NCBI GenBank assembly: GCA_025457615.1 | Contig: JALOTZ010000013.1 | Span: 785 to 64,784 of the forward strand | DNA from: Verrucomicrobiota bacterium | GTDB lineage: Bacteria; Verrucomicrobiota; Verrucomicrobiia; Limisphaerales; DSYF01 | DNA: 64,000 nt | Direction of reading: 5' to 3' | In this document: positions 1 to 8,636 of the stretch, in pieces | How positions within the stretch are numbered: the first letter of the stretch is position 1 | Layout of the letters: the number at the start of each line of letters is the position of its first letter | The notes under the pieces: model-generated | The model's database searches: none | What the model saw: the letters and a program-made list of their open reading frames with translations, nothing else | Told to the model about the DNA's origin: nothing | Translations under genes and position numbers: made by a program

Positions 1-482
1 GCAACCGTGTTGTCGGAGGGATAGGAGAGCCACATCACGGTCAGCCCTTCCTCGTAATCGCGGTAGGTGAACGCGTTCACGTTGTCGTTGGCAGCCTGCC
101 AGGTGACTTCGCCACCAGCGCTCCAGGGGCTCTGGAGAAACAGGAAGCCCACCGCCACCAGCGCCGCCACGCACGTGGCCGGAAGAAGCCAGCGCAGGAG
201 CAACGCCCCCAGGGAACCCCGGACCGGCTCGGGCTGCTCACGCGGAAATCGCGCCAGCTCGCGTTGGATGCGGGACCAATAGAACTCGCGGGACTCGGGC
301 AGCGCCACCGCCTCGTCATATCCGGCCAGCGCCTGGCGGGTCTGCTTGAGCTCCTTGACCAGCGCCGCCACGTCGGCGTCCCGGGCGATCAAAGCGGCGA
401 TCCCGGCCTGCTCCGGCTCGGGCAACTCGCCGTCCACGAAGGCCTGCACCTTGAGCACCAGATCCTGTTCCTGCTCCTTCAT
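1..482 (-). CDS. anti-sigma factor, partial (3' end runs off the window)
   Basis: Absent from the ORF track because it has no stop in the window. My translation from the ATG at 482: MKEQEQDLVLKVQAFVDGELPEPEQAGIAALIARDADVAALVKELKQTRQALAGYDEAVALPESREFYWSRIQ...LLRWLLPATCVAALVAVGFLFL (one TM helix). Its ATG overlaps the sigma-factor stop as ATGA (479-482). Confidence 0.6.
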   Translation of the reverse strand, partial: MKEQEQDLVLKVQAFVDGELPEPEQAGIAALIARDADVAALVKELKQTRQALAGYDEAVALPESREFYWSRIQRELARFPREQPEPVRGSLGALLLRWLLPATCVAALVAVGFLFLQSPWSAGGEVTWQAANDNVNAFTYRDYEEGLTVMWLSYPSDNTV

Positions 483-1084
483 GATGACCTTTCCTCCCCG
501 CGCAGATCGGCCAGCAACGCTGCCAGCCGGCGGCGGGCGTAAAACAGCCGGGACATCACCGTCCCGATCGAGCACCCCATGGTTTCCGCGATCTGCTTGT
601 ATTCCATCTCTTCAAACTCGTGCAGCACCAGCACGGTGCGGTGGGCGTCCGACAACTGCCCCAGGGCCGCATCGATCCGGGCCCGCAACTCCCCGCGCTC
701 GAGGCGCTGCGTAGGATTCACCGTCACGGGCGCCATGTAGCGTTCCACCCCGCCGGAGTCCTCATCCAGCGCGTCCAGCGAATCGGTCGGCTGCCGCTTG
801 CGCCGGCGCAGGTGGTCCAGGCAGAGGTTGATCACAATGCGGGTCATCCAGGTGCTGAAACTGGACTCCCCGTGAAACTGCGTCAGCCGCTGCCAGCCCT
901 TCACCCACGCTTCCTGGGAAAGATCGATGGCCTCATCCTCATTGCGCACCACGCTGAAGGCCCGCGCATAGATCCGGTCCCGATGCCGCGCCACCAGCTC
1001 CTCGAACGCCGCCTCCTCCCCCGCTTGCGCGGCCCGAACCAGGATCGGGTCTTCGGTGCTGGCGTGATCGAGCGGGGTCGCCAT
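479..1084 (-). CDS. ECF-type RNA polymerase sigma-70 factor
   Basis: 201 aa. Region 2-like: RIYARAFSVVRNEDEAIDLSQEAWVKGW. Region 4 HTH: MEYKQIAETMGCSIGTVMSRLFYARRRL. Followed by the coupled anti-sigma ORF. Confidence 0.9.
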   Translation of the reverse strand: MATPLDHASTEDPILVRAAQAGEEAAFEELVARHRDRIYARAFSVVRNEDEAIDLSQEAWVKGWQRLTQFHGESSFSTWMTRIVINLCLDHLRRRKRQPTDSLDALDEDSGGVERYMAPVTVNPTQRLERGELRARIDAALGQLSDAHRTVLVLHEFEEMEYKQIAETMGCSIGTVMSRLFYARRRLAALLADLRGEERSS

Positions 1085-1123
1085 GGGATTGGACGGGCGG
1101 GTTCAGGCGCCTATTCAGCCGCC

Positions 1124-1795
1124 TTACAGGCGGCCCTTGGTGCTGGGGATGCGTCCGGCGATGCGCGGATCCCGCTGGCAGGCCGCATCGACCGCCCGGG
1201 CAAAGGCCTTGAACAGGGCCTCGACGATGTGGTGGGGCTCGTCGCCGTACAGCAGTTCAAGATGAAGATTGCAGCGCGCTTCGTTGGCAAAGGCCTGGAA
1301 GAACTCCCGCGCCAGGCCGAATCGGAAGGCTGTCGAGGTGTCCTGGACGCGCTCGGTCCGGCTGAGGCGTTTGTAGTGCAGCGGGTTCATCCCGCGCCAG
1401 ACCAGGTGGCTGCGACCGCTGAAATCGATCACGCACCGCGCGAGACACTCGTCCATCGGGAGGTAGGCCTCACCGGTGAAGGGGTTGCGCGGATGAAACC
1501 CCGCGCCATAACGCCGCAGCCCCGCCTTGTCCCCCAAGGCTTCCCGGAACGCCTGGCCGAGCGCCAACCCGCAGTCCTCGACCGTGTGATGCGCATCGAC
1601 CTCCAGATCGCCCCGGCAACGAAGACTCAGGTCCACCACCGCATGCCTGGCCAAGAGCACCAGCATGTGGTCAAAAAAGGGAATCCCGGTCTGGACGGAA
1701 CCTTTCCCGCGGCCGTCAATGTTCAGGGCGAGCCGGATCCGCGTTTCCTTGGTCTCCCGGCGCACCCTCGCCACACGCTTGTTCATGGGCGGCAA
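1124..1795 (-). CDS. hisB: imidazoleglycerol-phosphate dehydratase
   Basis: RETKETRIRLALNIDGRG...GIPFFDHMLVLLARH...DLEVDAHHTVEDCGLALGQA...LHLELLYGDEPHHIVEALFKAF are classic HisB motifs. The start may instead be the Met at 1786. Confidence 0.9.
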   Translation of the reverse strand: MPPMNKRVARVRRETKETRIRLALNIDGRGKGSVQTGIPFFDHMLVLLARHAVVDLSLRCRGDLEVDAHHTVEDCGLALGQAFREALGDKAGLRRYGAGFHPRNPFTGEAYLPMDECLARCVIDFSGRSHLVWRGMNPLHYKRLSRTERVQDTSTAFRFGLAREFFQAFANEARCNLHLELLYGDEPHHIVEALFKAFARAVDAACQRDPRIAGRIPSTKGRL

Positions 1796-1886
1796 TTAAC
1801 CATGCACGGGGTCCAAACAAAAGGGGAAAGGAGGAGAGACGTCGGGTGCATCTTCTTGACACTGTCCTCGAACGCAATTCCGGCCG

Positions 1887-1985
1887 GGGCGCGGCATTCA
1901 TGCCGCTTCAGCATTCGCAAGCCCGCAGAACAAGCGTTTCATCGCGTGCCCTCCGGAGGTTGAAGCGTTCTGAAGGCCGCGCTCC
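1887..1985. repeat. ~100-bp element with inverted hairpin termini (REP/MITE-like), copy 1
   Basis: Left end GCGCGGCA-TTCA-TGCCGCTTCA (1889-1910). Right end TGAAGCGTTC-TGAA-GGCCGCGC (1961-1982) is its degenerate inverse. The spacer is 50 bp. It lies between the TPR gene stop and the hisB start. A second copy is at 14131-14231. Confidence 0.6.
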
Positions 1986-2030
1986 AGGGGCAGTGTCCAG
2001 ATGCCCCCAGAGGCCTCCGGCGCCGGAAAC

Positions 2031-2951
2031 TCAGCGCTCGGACTTCGGGCTGCGGACTTCGGCCATCCGCTTCTGAAGCTGATCGATCAGCCGTTGCACC
2101 GCCTCGGGGCTGGGCGAAACGCGCTTGAGCAGGGTGTAATCCTGGAGGGCGGCTTCATACTCACCTTGGGCCTCGTGGACTTTGGCCGAGCGACCCAGGA
2201 TCTGGGCCAGGGCAATGAGGTCCGGCTTTTCCAACTTGGCGTTGGCCGCCTGCCACTTCACCAGCGCCAGGCGGTACAGCCGGCCCGCCTTCCCCCAATC
2301 CTGCGTGGTCAGCTCAGTCAGCCGTCCCAGCTCGAAATAGATCTCGCAACTGTCGGGGTTGTTGCGCTGGGCTTCCCGCAGGAACGCCTCCGCTTCCCGG
2401 GTCTTGCCCATCTCACGCAACCAGTATCCGCCCACCGCGTAAGCGTCCACGTTGTGCGGGTCCATTTCCACGGCCAGCTTCACCCAGGGCAGCATCTCCT
2501 TGTCTTCGTCCCCCTCGAGGTGCACATGGCGGTCGGGCTCGAAACGGGCGGCCAGCCGGGCAATCCAGTCGTCCGGCCCCCCGGACGGCTCCGCATGCTC
2601 GCAGGCTTCGTCATGCGCATGCGCTTCTTCCCCGGGTCCTGCGGAATGGTCGCATTCCGGCCCCTGCACGTGTCCCGCGTCCCCGCCCTCCGACCCGAGG
2701 CTTTCCACCAGGTGATTGCCGGCCTGCTTCTCGGCCACCTCGAAGAGGCTGGGGTATCGGCCCCGATGGAAATAGGCATCGGCCTTGGCCAGAAAATGGT
2801 TGGCAAACAGCCGGCGCCCGTCGCCCAACAACACCGCCAGCGCGGACTTGGCCTGATCGCGTCCGCGCAAGGCATCCTGCCGCAGGACCCAGCCCGTCAG
2901 CGCCAGGCTGCCGGCGCAGAGCAGGAGGAGAATCAGGGCGGGCCGCCGCAT
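2031..2951 (-). CDS. TPR-like protein with N-terminal signal/anchor and a His/Cys/acidic-rich insert
   Basis: 306 aa. N-terminus MRRPALILLLLCAGSLALTG. C-terminal half is TPR-like helical repeats (DAYAVGGYWLREMGKTREAEAFLREAQRNNPDSCEIYFELGRL...). The insert GHVQGPECDHSAGPGEEAHAHDEACEHAE...RHVHLEGDEDKE is metal-ligand rich. Starts 3 nt after the permease stop. Confidence 0.7.
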   Translation of the reverse strand: MRRPALILLLLCAGSLALTGWVLRQDALRGRDQAKSALAVLLGDGRRLFANHFLAKADAYFHRGRYPSLFEVAEKQAGNHLVESLGSEGGDAGHVQGPECDHSAGPGEEAHAHDEACEHAEPSGGPDDWIARLAARFEPDRHVHLEGDEDKEMLPWVKLAVEMDPHNVDAYAVGGYWLREMGKTREAEAFLREAQRNNPDSCEIYFELGRLTELTTQDWGKAGRLYRLALVKWQAANAKLEKPDLIALAQILGRSAKVHEAQGEYEAALQDYTLLKRVSPSPEAVQRLIDQLQKRMAEVRSPKSER

Positions 2952-2954
2952 GGC

Positions 2955-3728
2955 TCAGGTCAGCGGTTTGCGGCGAAACAGCAACGCCGCCGCGGCCAGC
3001 AGCATGGCCATATAGACCAGCGCATATCCGCTGGCCAGAATCACGGCTCCCCAAGGCACGGGTTCCCAGCCGTGGATGATCCGTTCCCGGATATCGAAGA
3101 TTTCGAGGTGCGGGATGGCGTAATAGACGGCGTAGATCAACCAACCCGACACCCCGCCCGCCTTGGCCGCGACGCGGTTGAGGAACTCGCCCACGGTCCA
3201 GATGCCGATGACGGCGAGGATCACGATGGACAGGTTGGCCGCCGGGGTCATCAACAACGAGCCCAGGAGGGCCAGGGCCGCCACGATGCCCAGCATGAGC
3301 CAGTGCAGCCAGACGGCTTGCAGGTAATTGACCAGCGGCAACTCGTGCTCGCGCGCCAGGCTGATCACCCCGAAGAAGAGGTAGAAGACGATCAAGGTGA
3401 TGCCCACCGCCAGCCAGCAGCCCAGGAACTTCCCCGCCAACACCTCCGTGCGCGAAATCGGCTTGGCGAGCAGGGGAAAGATGGTGCGCGACTCCTTCTC
3501 CGCCGGCAACTGCCGGCCCGCGGTGGTCACGGCGATCACCAGGGTCGCCAGCCAGATCAACAACAGGCAGATCTCCTTCACATACCGCGCAATGTCGTCC
3601 TCGTTGAAGAAGGTGATGCTGCCCATCAGCAGCGTGATCGCCGCCGTGAGCACGAACAGCACGTAGAAATCCTTGCGCCGGATCAGTTCCCGGATGACCA
3701 CCGCGGCGACGGCAAACACTCTATTCAT
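2955..3728 (-). CDS. ABC-2 type transporter permease (NosY-like)
   Basis: 257 aa polytopic membrane protein. Contains EKESRTIFPLLAKPISRTEVLAGKF, the motif typical of ABC-2/NosY-like permeases. Overlaps the upstream ATPase gene by 8 nt. Confidence 0.8.
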   Translation of the reverse strand: MNRVFAVAAVVIRELIRRKDFYVLFVLTAAITLLMGSITFFNEDDIARYVKEICLLLIWLATLVIAVTTAGRQLPAEKESRTIFPLLAKPISRTEVLAGKFLGCWLAVGITLIVFYLFFGVISLAREHELPLVNYLQAVWLHWLMLGIVAALALLGSLLMTPAANLSIVILAVIGIWTVGEFLNRVAAKAGGVSGWLIYAVYYAIPHLEIFDIRERIIHGWEPVPWGAVILASGYALVYMAMLLAAAALLFRRKPLT

Positions 3729-4479
3729 GGCGGGGCGGGGATGGGTAGCCGACGACTTTCAGAAAGACCTGCTCGAGATCGCACTGGTACTTCGCAACCA
3801 GGTCTGAGACGTGCCCCTGCTCCTGCACGCAACCCTGGTGCAGGATGGCCACGCGGTTGCACACCGTCTCCACCTCACCCAGCTCGTGCGACGAGAAGAA
3901 CACCGTCTTGCCCTGTTGTTGCAACCGCTGGATGATCTCCCGCACCTTCATCCGCCCGATGGGGTCCAGCCCGCTGGTCGGTTCATCGAGCAGCAGCAGG
4001 TCCGGATCGTTGATCAACGCCTGCGCCAACCCCACCCGCTGTTGCATGCCCTTGGAATAGGTGCGGATCGGACGGCGCCGCACGCCGTCGAGTTCCACCA
4101 GCTTGAGCAGTTCATCGATGCGCCGGCTGGCGGTGTGATGGTTCAACCCGAAAATCCGGGCGTAGAACCGGAGCAGTTCCTCCGCTGTCAGGAACCGGTA
4201 ATAATAGGTCAGCTCGGGCAGGTAACCAATGCGTTGCCGGGCGATGGGCTGCCGGACGTCCACGCCGAACAACTCCGCCGAGCCGCCGGTGGCGTTCACA
4301 TAACCCAGCAGGACGTTCATGGTGGTGGTTTTGCCGGCGCCGTTGGGTCCCAGAAAGCCGAAGACCTCTCCCCGGCGAACCTCGAAGGACAGGTCGTTGA
4401 CGGCCAGTTTGACCCCACCGGGCTCGGACGGCGCGGGGTATTCCACCCTCAAGTGATTGACGCGTAGTGTCGTATCCAT
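3721..4479 (-). CDS. ABC transporter ATP-binding protein
   Basis: Walker A GPNGAGKTTT, signature YSKGMQQRVGLA, Walker B LLLLDEPTSGLD. I trimmed the start to MDTTLRVNHL (ATG at 4479), because the 25-codon upstream extension in the track looks non-coding. Confidence 0.9.
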   Translation of the reverse strand: MDTTLRVNHLRVEYPAPSEPGGVKLAVNDLSFEVRRGEVFGFLGPNGAGKTTTMNVLLGYVNATGGSAELFGVDVRQPIARQRIGYLPELTYYYRFLTAEELLRFYARIFGLNHHTASRRIDELLKLVELDGVRRRPIRTYSKGMQQRVGLAQALINDPDLLLLDEPTSGLDPIGRMKVREIIQRLQQQGKTVFFSSHELGEVETVCNRVAILHQGCVQEQGHVSDLVAKYQCDLEQVFLKVVGYPSPPRHE

Positions 4480-4620
4480 TCGTTTGCAACCCCAACTCGA
4501 CCCGCCCCATGCCAGCACGAAGCGGCAGCCTTGGCAAGTTCGCTGTGACGTCAACCAGCCCTGCTGTCCGGCATGACTGGGGCGCTGGTCAACTCGACAC
4601 GCGATGGCGGTTCGGAGCCG

Positions 4621-5559
4621 TCAGCGTGCCGGCTTCTGGCCGCCGGCCAGGAGGGTCTGAAAGTGCGGAGGTTCCTCCTCCCGGGCCACGATCGTGATCT
4701 CGACCTGCTTGTAGCCGGCGGTTTCCAACCACCGTTGCAATTCGCCCTCCGAAAACCCCAGCCAGCGGTCCCCATACAGTTCATGCGCCTGCTCGAACCG
4801 ATGCTTGAGCAAATCGAGGATCATCACGCTGCCGCCGGGACGCAACACCCGATAAGCCGCCGTCAGGGCCTTGGCGGGATCTTGGGCGTGATGCAGCGCC
4901 TGGCTCAGGATCACGAGGTCCACACTGCCAGGCTCCAGGGGCGGATCCTGCAGGTCGCCCAGCCGGAACTCCAGGTTCTTGAGTCCGTTCTTCTTCGCCT
5001 TGCGGGCGCCGAAGGCAACGATCTTTTCCGAGTTGTCCACCGCGATGACCCGCTTGCACCGGCGCGCCAGCAATTCGCTCAACAACCCCTCCCCCGCCCC
5101 CAGGTCGGCGACCTCGAGGGGCGGCAGGATCCGCAACAACAGATGCCCGAAGGCCTGCCAGGACCGGCCCGGACCATAGACCCGGTCGAAACGACCCGCC
5201 ACCTGGTTGAAGAGCACCTCGGCCTGTTCCTGGCGCCGACGCAGGACGCGCCGCAGGTTGACGGCGTCATCAGACTGTTCCGGCAACTCCTCGGCCGCGC
5301 GCAACGAAACCGTCAACACGTCCGCCAAAACCCCCTTGGACTGGGACACGAGCCGGTAATAGGATCGCTTCCCCTCCCGCCGACACGATACCAATCCGGT
5401 TTCCTGCAACAATCCGAGGTGAGTGGAAATGCGGGACTGCCCCATGCGGGTGATCTCCTGAAGTTCATGCACGGACAACTCGTCCCCAGCCAGCAGCGCC
5501 ATCAGGCGCAAGCGGGTGGGATCGGACAGGACACGAAAGGCTTTGATGGTGGAGGACAT
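4621..5559 (-). CDS. ArsR-family wHTH fused to SAM-dependent methyltransferase fold (SahR-like regulator)
   Basis: N-terminus FRVLSDPTRLRLMALLAGDELSVHELQEITRMGQSRISTHLGLLQETGLV (ArsR HTH). C-terminus VADLGAGEGLLSELLARRCKRVIAVDNS...VDLVILSQALHH (class I MTase motifs I/II). Divergent from metK-ahcY. Confidence 0.8.
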   Translation of the reverse strand: MSSTIKAFRVLSDPTRLRLMALLAGDELSVHELQEITRMGQSRISTHLGLLQETGLVSCRREGKRSYYRLVSQSKGVLADVLTVSLRAAEELPEQSDDAVNLRRVLRRRQEQAEVLFNQVAGRFDRVYGPGRSWQAFGHLLLRILPPLEVADLGAGEGLLSELLARRCKRVIAVDNSEKIVAFGARKAKKNGLKNLEFRLGDLQDPPLEPGSVDLVILSQALHHAQDPAKALTAAYRVLRPGGSVMILDLLKHRFEQAHELYGDRWLGFSEGELQRWLETAGYKQVEITIVAREEEPPHFQTLLAGGQKPAR

Positions 5560-5735
5560 GAGTCAGATCGGCCGACCGCGACCATTGCAAAATCCACCCG
5601 ATCCTTCAAGCGCCCCGTTGGCGCAGCGGCGCAGGCTGGGGCGCTCCTGACCCCGGTGGTGAAGCTCCAGGTGGGGAGCCGCCGCCGCAAGCGGGCCACG
5701 CTGTCCAACCTGCGGCCCAGCGTCGAACTTTCCAT

Positions 5736-5763
5736 TTGACTCAGTAGGAATGCCTTCTATCAT
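5736..5763 (+). promoter_or_regulatory. candidate sigma-70 promoter of metK-ahcY
   Basis: TTGACT (5736-5741), 16 nt spacer, TATCAT (5758-5763), about 45 nt upstream of the metK ATG. Confidence 0.5.
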
Positions 5764-5770
5764 CCCATCC

Positions 5771-5790
5771 GGATACGTTAATACGTCGAT
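5771..5790. promoter_or_regulatory. candidate operator: tandem ATACGT repeat between the -10 and the metK start
   Basis: GGATACGTTAATACGTCGAT. This is ATACGT-TA-ATACGT (each ACGT core is self-complementary), just downstream of the predicted -10. Confidence 0.3.
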
Positions 5791-5809
5791 TGAAAGCAAA
5801 CAAAATCAC

Positions 5810-7024
5810 ATGAGCGACCGATACATCTTTTCTTCCGAGTCCGTGGGTGAAGGCCATCCGGACAAAGTGTGTGACACCATTTCCGACGCAGTGCTGGACG
5901 CCTGTCTGGCGGTGGACCGCACCAGCCGGGTGGCGTGCGAGACGTTCGTCAAGAGCAACCTGGTCGTGGTGGGCGGCGAGATCACCATCCCCAAACTCCA
6001 GGACCGCGCCACCGGCACGACCAAGCCGCTGGACACGGCGATCAACGTGGGCCAGGTGGTGCGCAACGCCATCCGCGGCATCGGCTATGTGAACGATGAC
6101 GATGTGTTCCACGCGGACCAAGTGTTCATCAACAATTACCTGACCACGCAATCGCCCGACATTGCCCAGGGCGTGGACGCCAAGAAAGCCAAGGGCAAGA
6201 AGACCGCCGAGCAGGGGGCCGGCGATCAGGGCATCATGTTCGGGTACGCCTGCAACGAGACCCCCGAGCTCATGCCGGCGCCGATCATGTTCGCCCACCG
6301 CCTTGGCCGCGAGCTCACCCGGATTCGCAAGGCCGGCAAGGTCGCCTGGCTGCGGCCGGACGCGAAGTCGCAAGTGTCGGTCGAGTATGTCAACGGCAAG
6401 CCCACCCGCATCACCAACGTGGTGATCTCCACGCAGCACACCGCCGACGTGGAACATCGCGAGATCGAGAAGTTCTGTGTCGAGAGCATCGTCAAGAAAG
6501 TGCTGCCCGCGCGGATGCTGACGGCCCGGACCGAGTATCTCATCAATCCCACCGGCCGGTTCGTCGTGGGCGGTCCGCAGGGCGACAGCGGGTTGACCGG
6601 GCGCAAGATCATCGTGGACACCTACGGCGGCATGGGGCGGCATGGCGGCGGGGCGTTTTCGGGCAAGGACCCCTCGAAAGTGGACCGCAGCGCCGCCTAC
6701 ATGGGCCGTTGGGTGGCCAAGAACATCGTCGCCGCGAAGCTCGCCGCCAAATGCGAGGTGCAGTTCGCCTACGCCATCGGGCATCCCCGCCCGGTGAGCG
6801 TGCACATCGACACCTTTGGCACCGGCACGGTCAGCGATGCGCGCATCCTGCGGGCGGTGCTGCGGGTGTTCAGCTTCAAGCCGGCGGACATCGTGGCCCA
6901 GTTGAACCTGCTCCGCCCGATCTACTCGAAGACGACCAATTACGGCCACTTCGGCAAGAACGACAGGGACATCACCTGGGAGAAGACGGACAAGGTGCCG
7001 GCCTTGCTGAAGGCCATAGGCTGA
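5810..7024 (+). CDS. metK: S-adenosylmethionine synthetase
   Basis: [31 protein letters not shown]...[12 protein letters not shown]...[19 protein letters not shown] are canonical MetK motifs. Start trimmed to the Met at 5810. Confidence 0.95.
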   Translation: MSDRYIFSSESVGEGHPDKVCDTISDAVLDACLAVDRTSRVACETFVKSNLVVVGGEITIPKLQDRATGTTKPLDTAINVGQVVRNAIRGIGYVNDDDVFHADQVFINNYLTTQSPDIAQGVDAKKAKGKKTAEQGAGDQGIMFGYACNETPELMPAPIMFAHRLGRELTRIRKAGKVAWLRPDAKSQVSVEYVNGKPTRITNVVISTQHTADVEHREIEKFCVESIVKKVLPARMLTARTEYLINPTGRFVVGGPQGDSGLTGRKIIVDTYGGMGRHGGGAFSGKDPSKVDRSAAYMGRWVAKNIVAAKLAAKCEVQFAYAIGHPRPVSVHIDTFGTGTVSDARILRAVLRVFSFKPADIVAQLNLLRPIYSKTTNYGHFGKNDRDITWEKTDKVPALLKAIG

Positions 7025-7055
7025 CCCCTATTCGCGTCACCAAACAATCAAGACC

Positions 7056-8543
7056 ATGCCTACAACCATCAAACTTTCCCCCTCACGCCGCGCGCTCAAC
7101 CGGACACGCGTCACCAAATCCAACGGCAACGCCAAACCGGCAGCCGACTGCGCCGTCAAAGACCTCTCGCTTGCCGAGTTCGGTCGAAAGGCCATCCAGG
7201 TGGCCGAGCACGAGATGCCCGGCCTGGTGGCCATTCGCGCCAAGTACGGCCCCAAAAAGCCGCTCAAGGGGGTCCGCATCACCGGCTCGCTCCACATGAC
7301 CATCGAGACGGCCATTCTCATCGAGACCCTGACGCAGCTGGGCGCCTCCGTGCGTTGGGCGAGCTGCAACATTTTCTCGACGCAGGACCACGCCGCCGCG
7401 GCCATCGCCCAGGCCGGCATTCCGGTCTTCGCACACAAGGGTGAGACCCTCGAGGAATACTGGGATTTCACTCTGGCCGCCCTCACCCACCCCGGACAGC
7501 AGGGGCCGCAACTGATCGTGGACGACGGGGGGGATGCCACCCTCCTCATCCATAAAGGCTACGAACTGGAAAACGGCAGCGACTGGGTCAACACGCCCAG
7601 CGACAACCACGAGGTTTCCGTCATCAAGGCGCTGCTCAAGCGCGTGGCCAAGGAACGTCCCGGCTTCTGGCACAATGTCGTGAAGGATTGGAAAGGGGTC
7701 TCCGAGGAAACCACCACCGGCGTGCACCGCCTCTACCAGATGCTCGAACAGGGCAAACTCCTCGTCCCGGCCATCAACGTCAATGATTCGGTCACGAAGT
7801 CCAAGTTCGACAACCTCTACGGCTGCCGCGAGTCGCTGGCCGACGGGATCAAGCGCGCCACCGACGTCATGATCGCCGGCAAGGTCGCGGTCGTGTGCGG
7901 TTACGGGGACGTGGGGAAAGGCAGCGCCCACTCGCTGCGCGGCTTTGGCGCCCGGGTCATCGTCACCGAGATTGATCCCATCAACGCGCTGCAGGCGGCG
8001 ATGGAAGGCTTCGAGGTCACCACCCTCGAGGACACGCTGGGAGAGGGTGACCTCTACGTGACCACCACCGGCAACTGCGACGTCATCACGCTGGACCACA
8101 TCCTGAAGATGAAGGACCAGGCCATCGTGTGTAACATCGGCCACTTCGACAACGAGATCCAGGTGGACCGGCTGAACACCCTCAAGGGCGTGAAGCGAAT
8201 CAACGTGAAGCCGCAGTATGACCAGTATGTGTTGCCCAACGGCCGCACGATCTACCTGCTGGCTGAAGGCCGGCTGGTGAACCTGGGCTGCGCCACCGGC
8301 CATCCCAGCTTTGTCATGAGCAACAGCTTCACCAACCAATGCCTGGCGCAGTTGGACCTCTGGGCCAATCGCGACACCAACAAGGTGGGCGTCTATCGCC
8401 TGCCCAAGAGGCTGGACGAGGAAGTCGCGCGCCTGCATCTCGAGCGCATCGGCGTGAAGCTGACCAAGCTCTCAAAGAAGCAGGCCGACTACCTGGGCGT
8501 GTCCGTGGACGGCCCCTACAAGCCGGAGCACTACCGCTATTGA
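7056..8543 (+). CDS. ahcY: adenosylhomocysteinase
   Basis: [27 protein letters not shown]...[17 protein letters not shown]...[12 protein letters not shown]...[11 protein letters not shown]...[18 protein letters not shown]. Starts 31 nt after metK. The N-terminal ~30 aa are uncertain. Confidence 0.93.
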   Translation: MPTTIKLSPSRRALNRTRVTKSNGNAKPAADCAVKDLSLAEFGRKAIQVAEHEMPGLVAIRAKYGPKKPLKGVRITGSLHMTIETAILIETLTQLGASVRWASCNIFSTQDHAAAAIAQAGIPVFAHKGETLEEYWDFTLAALTHPGQQGPQLIVDDGGDATLLIHKGYELENGSDWVNTPSDNHEVSVIKALLKRVAKERPGFWHNVVKDWKGVSEETTTGVHRLYQMLEQGKLLVPAINVNDSVTKSKFDNLYGCRESLADGIKRATDVMIAGKVAVVCGYGDVGKGSAHSLRGFGARVIVTEIDPINALQAAMEGFEVTTLEDTLGEGDLYVTTTGNCDVITLDHILKMKDQAIVCNIGHFDNEIQVDRLNTLKGVKRINVKPQYDQYVLPNGRTIYLLAEGRLVNLGCATGHPSFVMSNSFTNQCLAQLDLWANRDTNKVGVYRLPKRLDEEVARLHLERIGVKLTKLSKKQADYLGVSVDGPYKPEHYRY

Positions 8544-8636
8544 CCTGGAGCGGCGGTCTGTGACCGTGGCGGACCACTCGACGATCCTCATCCGCCGCCC
8601 CTCAACGCACAAACTCCAGCTCCGGCAACCGCGGAA

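Noticed and set aside
620-1963. Long ORFs antisense to or out of frame with recognisable genes. Examples: 620-1963, 2001-3935, 5741-6949, 7083-8438, 10399-11061, 11420-12715, 12445-13584, 17244-18305, 19697-21058, 29136-31253, 37449-39467, 41422-42444, 45491-46555, 47182-48195, 54170-55435, 56424-57212, 58243-59091.
   Set aside because: Their translations are Arg/Pro/Gly/Ala/His-rich with no motifs, and each lies opposite a gene with clear family signatures. This is the expected stop-codon depletion of a ~64% GC genome, not overlapping genes.
5599-5635. Possible SAH riboswitch in the sahR-like/metK intergenic region. The hairpin is AGCGCCCC...GGGGCGCT. On the minus strand it reads CAGGAGCGCCCC...CAACGGGGCGCU, reminiscent of the AGGAGCGC and AACGGCGCU blocks I recall from the SAH riboswitch (RF01057).
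   Set aside because: The resemblance is partial. I cannot find the CAGGCUCGG segment or the P1/P2 arrangement. There are two extra G in the 3' block. The element would sit in the leader of the regulator gene rather than ahcY. It is a real strong hairpin, but the riboswitch call is unsupported without a cmsearch hit.
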